A program made the translations under genes and the position numbers. This document shows positions 56,815-64,000 of a stretch of DNA of 64,000 nucleotides, piece by piece (the first letter of the stretch is position 1; the number at the start of each line of letters is the position of its first letter). The notes under the pieces are model-generated. The model saw nothing but the letters and a program-made list of their open reading frames with translations. It was not told where the DNA came from and did no database searches. Origin of the DNA: the human T2T-CHM13v2.0 reference genome, Homo sapiens; assembly GCF_009914755.1 (NCBI RefSeq), contig NC_060939.1. One strand, 5' to 3'.

Positions 56815-57199
56815 GAATGCATTGAGAGATGGGTGGGGGAAGGATGGGAGGAAGGAGGGAGGAATGGAGGTACACCCATCACTCGGTAAAACAAGGCCTA
56901 ATCTGACCTAGATTTAATTATCCTGGAGACCACCCACTCCCCAAAAAAGGGCCAATGACCACTCTGAGTCGGATGGATTGACATAAGGAGAGAGAGGCAG
57001 TGTCCAATGAAACTGTGCTAGAGATCCTCATGGTCCCCAGGTTCCTGGTTTTACTGACACGGCTCCGGTGAGCTCCCACCCTCCCAGATGTCTTTCTAGT
57101 AACTCCTTTGTGCGTAGCTACCCAAAGCTGGTTTCTGCTGCTTGCCCTAAATATACCCCATTCCAGGAGCATGTATTCAGGGTGGCTGAGGCACACTGC

Positions 57200-57385
57200 G
57201 GGCCCAAACTGTTTTCAAGCTTTACATCTGGGCACTCTACCTGTTTAATCCTCACAAGGACCTAAAGAGGGAAATGCAATTATAATCTGGTATTCTAAGG
57301 ATACCAGTGGCCGGGTTACGTAACCCCGGGTAAAATCACGCTGGCAGTAACAGGGGAGCCTCGGTTTATACCCAGGCCATAAATT
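57200..57385 (-). mobile_element. MIR
   Basis: TTTAATCCTCACAA...CTGGCAGTAACAGGGGAGCC...ACCCAGGC. Confidence 0.55.
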
Positions 57386-60300
57386 TCCCTCCTGCGATGC
57401 CACGCTGGCCCCTGCACGTATGGTTTATTGTGATAAGTAAAGAATCCTATATAACTTATGGTTTTTATGAATCTAAAATTTTGATGAAACAGGTCTGCTT
57501 GGAGTAGGATCCAGCTGTGTCATTTTGAATCTTGTACAACTGTTAGACTGCTTTGAGTCATTCTCCTAAAACTGTAATTTTATTTTAAATTATATTTAAA
57601 TTAATTAAAAATATAATTTTATAACTTGCCCCGGAGACATTTTACAGACATGCTTTTAGCAAAAATATAACCCACAAAATAAAAGTTACTTTGTGAAACC
57701 CTCTCCCAAAATTTATATAACATATATAACCATTTTTCTTAAAATTATTTTTAGATCTAAGCAATGGTAAACTCATTAGTCTGTTCATAATATGATTTTA
57801 TACTCCCTGGCATCTGCAAGCACAGAACATAGAGAACTCAGCTTGAGGAAAAACAGTAAGCAAATTAAAAAGTAAAATAAATCTTAGCCTATGTTCACAC
57901 ACTCAAAATTTAAATAACAGTTTTTCTAGGGGAAAGGAGTGGGAGGTGGAGGCAGAGAGATCAATCCATTTGCCTCTCACTCCAGGTCTGAGAACCCTCA
58001 TTTTCTATTCTTCAAATTAATGAAATGAACACAAGACCACTCTGATGAGGAAGTCTGAAATAATGGAAACGCCGTGGCATTTGCATTCCCTTTCAATGTG
58101 AACAGGCTATTTTGATAGTTAGCAAAACCAGGACAAATTGCCTGAGATTTCATCCTTTGTTGCTCTAAAATGGCTCTCGGGCTGTAATAGGCCATATCAC
58201 TGCAAAATGCACTTACCTTTAAATAGGCAGGCAAAGTGGATTGTGTTAAATATAAAATTAGTGACATGTTCTCTCAACTCATGGAGTCTAATTCTAATTC
58301 AAAAGACTTCTGCTCACTTCAGACAATGCCTGTTCCTTCTTGTTTATAACCTCAATTCCAATTTTCTGCAATTCAAATAAATCCCACCTACAGCCCTGGG
58401 CTTTGGTCTCACCCACCTCTGCCCCAGACACCAGGCTCAGACTCCCAGGCCCTCTGTCTGCCCCGCACACCTGCCATGTCTGAGCTCTTGAGCATGGGTC
58501 TGTACTGCCTAGGAGGCTCTTCACCAGGTTTCCACATCACGGATGCCTCGTCACCATCCTGGCCTGGGCTTAAACGTCATCTCCTCCCAGTGGCTTGGCC
58601 TGAAGAACTGCTCTGATGTCTTCTTCCCCACATTTGCACCATGTTTGATCATCTTACTCTGGCTGGTTAGTGCTGTTCCCATCAGACCCTCTCCCCAACA
58701 CTGTAAGCTTTGCTGGGATCAGGACCCTGGGTCCCCAGTGCACACTGGGGGAATCCGGCTGCAGCTGGTGACTCAGGCTGCAGGAGCCCACGCCCAGGGC
58801 AGTGCCCCTGACCAGTGGCTAGAAACAGCATGGCAGCCCACACCTACAGGGCCTGGCAGACACCTCTGTCCCAGCATAGCTTCACCCCTCCCCTCCTCCC
58901 CCAGCTCCCTGCTGCAGCCTCCCCAGACCCTGAGATCCACGCAGCTGTGAGGAGCCCTCAGCTCTCCCTGCAGGCCTGGAGTTGGCCGGCTCCACTGCTG
59001 GTCCAGCCCTGGCTCCTGCCTCCAGCCTCACTCCTGGGCATCTACCCCCAACAGGCACCGGGTATAATCACCTATTCTCTACCTGCTCATCGCACGCCCA
59101 CTTCCATCTGCAGGTCTTTATCATGGTGTAAGGCTCCCCTGGGTAAAGTTCTCCATGAGCATAAGAGGCATCTTTTTTACAACTGAATCCCAGCACAAAC
59201 AGGTCTCAATCACACCACTGCCCTCTCATGAGCCAAGGAACCTGCCTGGGCCAGCCCCCGACGGTCCTGGCACTCTGTGTACTGGACCCAGCCCCAGCAC
59301 TAGTGGCTGTGACTGTCTCCTCCCCACAGCATCACAGGTGGGTGAGTGTCTAGCCTAGGAGGGTAGGTCTCAGCCAACCTCAGTTCACTGTGTCTTCAGG
59401 TTGCATTTTCATTGTAGTGAATACTCAGAATGGAATAATGCAATGAAGGGCTGTGTCCTGTTTCAAATGGACCACAGGTGCCCCTTCCCAGTTTGCTCCT
59501 TTCCTTTTTGAACTAATGGTAGAAAATTCCCTTTACCCTTAGAAACTCAACTCCAACAGTGATTTAGCTACATTTTATTCTTAAGGCTGCTCATAGTAAT
59601 TCACATATCCATGAGAGAAAGACCAATTTACTTAATGGTACAAATCTTATTCCCCATCACATAACACAGCTGGTCAAAAATGCATTCTTTCAAGCCAAGA
59701 TGAAATAATTCCCAGAATGTCCCTTTTAGTCAAATTTGGCTCTTGACAAGTCTAGAGAGAATCCCCATAATAGGCTTCAAAGGCTGGCCCCACAGCCCCC
59801 ACTGGCAGCTGGTAGGGATTCCCAGTAGGGGAAGCCTCCCCAGACCCCTTCTCTGCTACTGGCTGTCCCTCAAGGGGTCTCAAGGTCTCTCAGACACCAA
59901 ACACAGACTCCTCCATGGGGAAAAAAAAAAAAAACAGCTACCTTCTGGCCCTAGGATCTGTGCATTCTCCTTTCCTAAAGCGAACCACCCTCATCCTCTC
60001 ATAAAGAACCAAAAAGCACGTCATTCACCTGATGGCTCTACACCACCAACCCTGTTACTCTATTCCCATGCCCTGCTTCTATGTATTTGTTGCTGTAAGA
60101 CTTCTTACTACCCAGCATTACATTGTCAATTTGTTTGTCTGTCTACCCTCTGTCTGTCCTAGAGAATGTGAGCTTAGAGTGCACAACAGTACCTAGAAAC
60201 GGATGACCAAGGAAATCTGCTGAATGAACTAACGACTGTGTGGTTACCGTGGCTCTAGCTGGCATGCCACTTTAGGATATATCTTGAGTTTTAGGAATTC

Positions 60301-61791
60301 AGGAATTCCTGCAATCTTTCAAAGGGATCATGGGGCTTCCCTGATTGCAGAATTCAGCAATCTATGAGCGAGTATCTATGCATTTCATTGCCTCTGCTTT
60401 GGAAGAGACTGTTGTTCTGTAATAGGTCTGGTATTCATTAAGCCTTTCAAAAAGATGTTCCCTGGTGCATAGGTCAACATTGCAAAGTGTTTCCTTCGCC
60501 TTCCTAAACAAGCCTCACATAAGAAGCTATGTGATTACTGGATGTTTGGGTGATTAAAACCACATCCTTGCCTTTCCTCAGCATCCCTTCACCTGTTCAG
60601 TGTCCCACACTAATCCACAGCTGTGCAATGTATCATAAATCAGACTCAGAGTCTCTGGAAGGGTCATGTGCTGCAAATTACAGAATACCCAGATCACACA
60701 GACACATCCACATGGTGCAAAATAAACCATGAAGGAGAAAAGAATCTCACTCTCGCAGGTTTGACCTGAAGCATACATGACATACATACATAGAGCACAC
60801 ATGAATAACCAAACTACTTCCACTGGAGTTAAACCTTACAGCTCATCCATGCTCCTCAAGCAGAGATCAGAGGACACTGGGGCAGGGCAGGGCGGTGGCA
60901 GTGCACATGGAGTCTCACGAAGCTTGAGAAACAATGCCTTAGACGGTGAAAAAAGTCTTGTGTTAAAAACTAACATTTCAAAATGGAATTTTGGTAAAAC
61001 AATCAAGAAGAAAGCATGGCAGACCATGGCCCGAGTGTTAGGCAGACTCCAAGACTCGAGTTTCTCAAAATGGGAGTTTGTGGCTCCCAGGGAATCTCAG
61101 CTATGATCCAGGTTGAGAAACTGCTCTAAACCCAGTGAGACTTGTTTCCTGCAACTATTTAACTGTGGTCTGTTTTGAGAGTACTGTACACCTGTTTTCC
61201 TTTCCTCCCCATTTTCCCCTCTTCCCTATCACTCTCCAGGCTGCGCCCTACTAACTCCATCCTGCTTGACAAACGTGTTTGCTTCTTTCAGTGACTTTTC
61301 CCTCCCATTTTCTTTTTTGGAAAGTCTGCCTTTGTCTGGCATTTGTGTTTTTAAGACAGCAAGAAACGTGAGCTCAGAGATCTGCATCCACTCTGTGCTC
61401 CCCAGTGGCTCCGGGGTGGGAGCAGTCTTCCCAGTCTGCAAACCCTCAAAGGGGAAGTAATATAAATTTCAAATGAGGACACCCTCCTAAAGAAGCAGCT
61501 GGACCCACATTTTGGTACATCTGCCTGGTACTCCCAGGAATGAGCAGTGGGGACCATGTTTGACCAGCATAGTGCATCCTGGGTGATGCTTGGGGCAAAT
61601 TTTCAGCACTGCTTGTTTAATTTTTATGTTTGTTAATATCCTTTTTAGGGGATGATAAAACTTACCCAAGCCTTCAAACCATCTTTATAGTGTAGTTTTA
61701 TAAATTGTTATTTGGTTCTAATCAAACTCTGTGGGAGGGAAAGGTGGACATAAAAATAAGGCCCTTGGATTCTTTCAAGAGAATGTTGCTG

Positions 61792-61876
61792 CATATATAT
61801 ATACACATATATATACACACATATATATGTATATATATACAATATGTGTGTGTGTGTGTATATATATACACACACA
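61792..61876. repeat. (TA)/(CA)/(TG) compound microsatellite
   Basis: Seen directly. Confidence 0.92.
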
Positions 61877-62260
61877 AAATGTAAATGGAACTCTAAAGAT
61901 GCTCTTTCACTGTGGTTGAAAGTAAGTATCACATCTGGGTAAGCAACTCATCCCAGTTTGCCCTGGAGTTTTCGGTTTTAGTGCTGGAAGATGGAAGACC
62001 TCCATCCTGGGAAGTCCCTCAGGCCTGGTTGCTCATGCTATTTTTATGAAACATGACAGCAGAGCACAGGCATCTACTGAGGGAACCATTAAGCCCTTTG
62101 CTACTGATGAGTCAACCGATGTACTAGAGCAGCCAATGGCAACAAAGCTAGATCTGGGATCTGGGCAAAGTAGAACTCAGGTGTACAAGGAATGATCCTA
62201 TCTGGTGATTTCACTCCTGGGGTGAGAACATGCAGAGTTCCTGCCATTCCATCGGGCAGT

Positions 62261-62337
62261 TCAGATGTCGGAGATCTTGCCATTTGTCATTTTCTCTACA
62301 ATGTCAGGAATCATATTGTAAAACACCTGACACTGAC
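62261..62337 (-). other. Candidate terminal exon coding portion (unconfirmed)
   Basis: Minus-strand acceptor TTTTTCTTCTCCAG, then phase-1 frame QCQVFYNMIPDIVEKMTNGKISDI*. Confidence 0.25.
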
Positions 62338-64000
62338 CTGGAGAAGAAAAATGTAGCTGTTTAATTCATGTGTAACATACTCAGATTATCTTATATGTTA
62401 GCAATACTCCATTAGGTCTCATCTACCTGCAAAGAGCCCTGGGTCCCATCGCTGAGGAAGCGCCTCTACTCACCCTCCAGAGGACATGGACTTCCTGAAG
62501 GAAAACAGCACTGCCCATCTGGCACTGGGGTCAATCGTTTTTAAACTTTAAGAGAACTTTTTATTCCCCAAAGACATTCCTATGCAGAATCTAATATATA
62601 AAACAGACAAAAGTGGTGTTCTGTGAGCAGAGATTTCTTTTATAAGTTCAGATGTAAAATATGTATTACATATTCAGTCGAGAACAAAAAGGTTGGAAAC
62701 TGGCATTATAGAGGGCAGCTGAAGTCATAACAGCCTACAAAAATCATCTACTTCTAAATTTAATTTTGGCTGCCCAGTATCAAGAAAATTCTGGAAACAG
62801 GTTTTACTTTGTAATTTTAGGATACCCTCAAATGAAATGCATTCGGAAGCTTGAAAACAAAATGCAAGGGAACACTGATGCCAATGCTGAATCATGAAGA
62901 GAAACCAATAAATGACTTCTCCACTCGTTTAAGTATTAATTACTTGGGAGAAAATGTTTTTCAAACGTATCTGTAACATTACGGAATTTCCAATGATGTT
63001 ATATTTTGAAATATCAATCCAGTCTTTAGACAGAATTTCAAACGGTCATATTTACTTTGTTTTCCATGCTGACCCCTAACCTCCTGTCCAAGAACTCAGA
63101 AGGCCCAAAAAGATCAAATGGACAGGAGGTGGGGGCCAAACAAAAATGACAATACAACTTCCTGCTTCAATCTTAAATTGTCTTTTAGACGTTACATTCC
63201 ACTTCATTAGTTATCCGAAACCAAAGTCCATGAAGCTGTCCCTGACTTTTCCTATCCCTTCCGAACATCTCCCACTAGTGCAAAAGGCCAGGGAAGAATC
63301 AGGTCATTGAAAAGAAATGATGGCTTTTTCCAGTAAACAATGATTTCTTAAAGCCTAAAGTCTACAATGGACTATAAAGCTTTCCCTATCAAGTACATAA
63401 GCCAAAGGCTCACATTTAAAGAAAAAAAACATAACTGCAATATTGTTGCAACTAGCTATAAAATGTAAAAATTTAAAAAGTAAACGTCTAAATTACTAAA
63501 ATAAGCTGATATTTAGATTCTAAGAGGAGATCAGTAACCATGCTCAAGATGATCCTAAAAACACTGTCTTCTATTAATTGGCCTGTTTTAAAAGTAACAG
63601 AACACTTCATATAATATTGCATCTCCAACTTCTATTCTTATTCACCATTCTGAAACTAGACTGAGAGGTTGGATAATTAATAAAATCACCCCTTTCCCCT
63701 GGCTCTTGATTATCCTTCATCAGGGTCATGTTTGTACTTCTCTTGTCGATTGTAATCATTTATTTGAAACAGTGTCTCAGCAGTTCATTAGCTTTTCATT
63801 AGTGCCTGTAGGTTGGATAAAATGTGCTTGAATTTCCAAAGTAAATGCAAATCCCCTTGGTAATCCAGCAAGGACATGAATTCCCAGAACATTTTCAAGT
63901 AAGACAGCTCCAATCAGAACTTGGATTTTAGTGAAAAAAGTGGTGTCCTCCTGAATGGCAGAGAACCCACGCTCCCATCCAGTCCTAAACATCAATTCTG

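Overview
Primate (human-like) genomic DNA, intronic or intergenic in character and dominated by interspersed repeats: about 22 Alu elements, two 5'-truncated L1PA copies, many old L1M/L2/MIR/HAL1 fragments, solo LTRs (MLT1, MLT2, LTR1, LTR12) and Tigger/Charlie DNA transposon relics. No protein-coding gene could be recognised; the long ORFs are dead L1 ORF2 pieces, Alu reads or chance GC-rich frames. The main structure is a 3,725-bp tandem duplication (11946-15670 / 15671-19395) that looks identical in every spot check. Its junction is a hybrid of two older ~365-bp direct repeats, which maps the putative NAHR crossover to 56 bp (15671-15726). Those repeats themselves look like a templated insertion from a multi-step template switch (X-Y-X'-Z...Z'...Y). 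Also notable are a twin-primed L1 with a short 3' transduction, variants shared between the two L1PA copies, a trimeric Alu, head-to-head Alus at one palindromic endonuclease site, fold-back palindromes and two weak exon candidates. Repeat subfamily names come from remembered consensus sequences and need RepeatMasker/Dfam confirmation.
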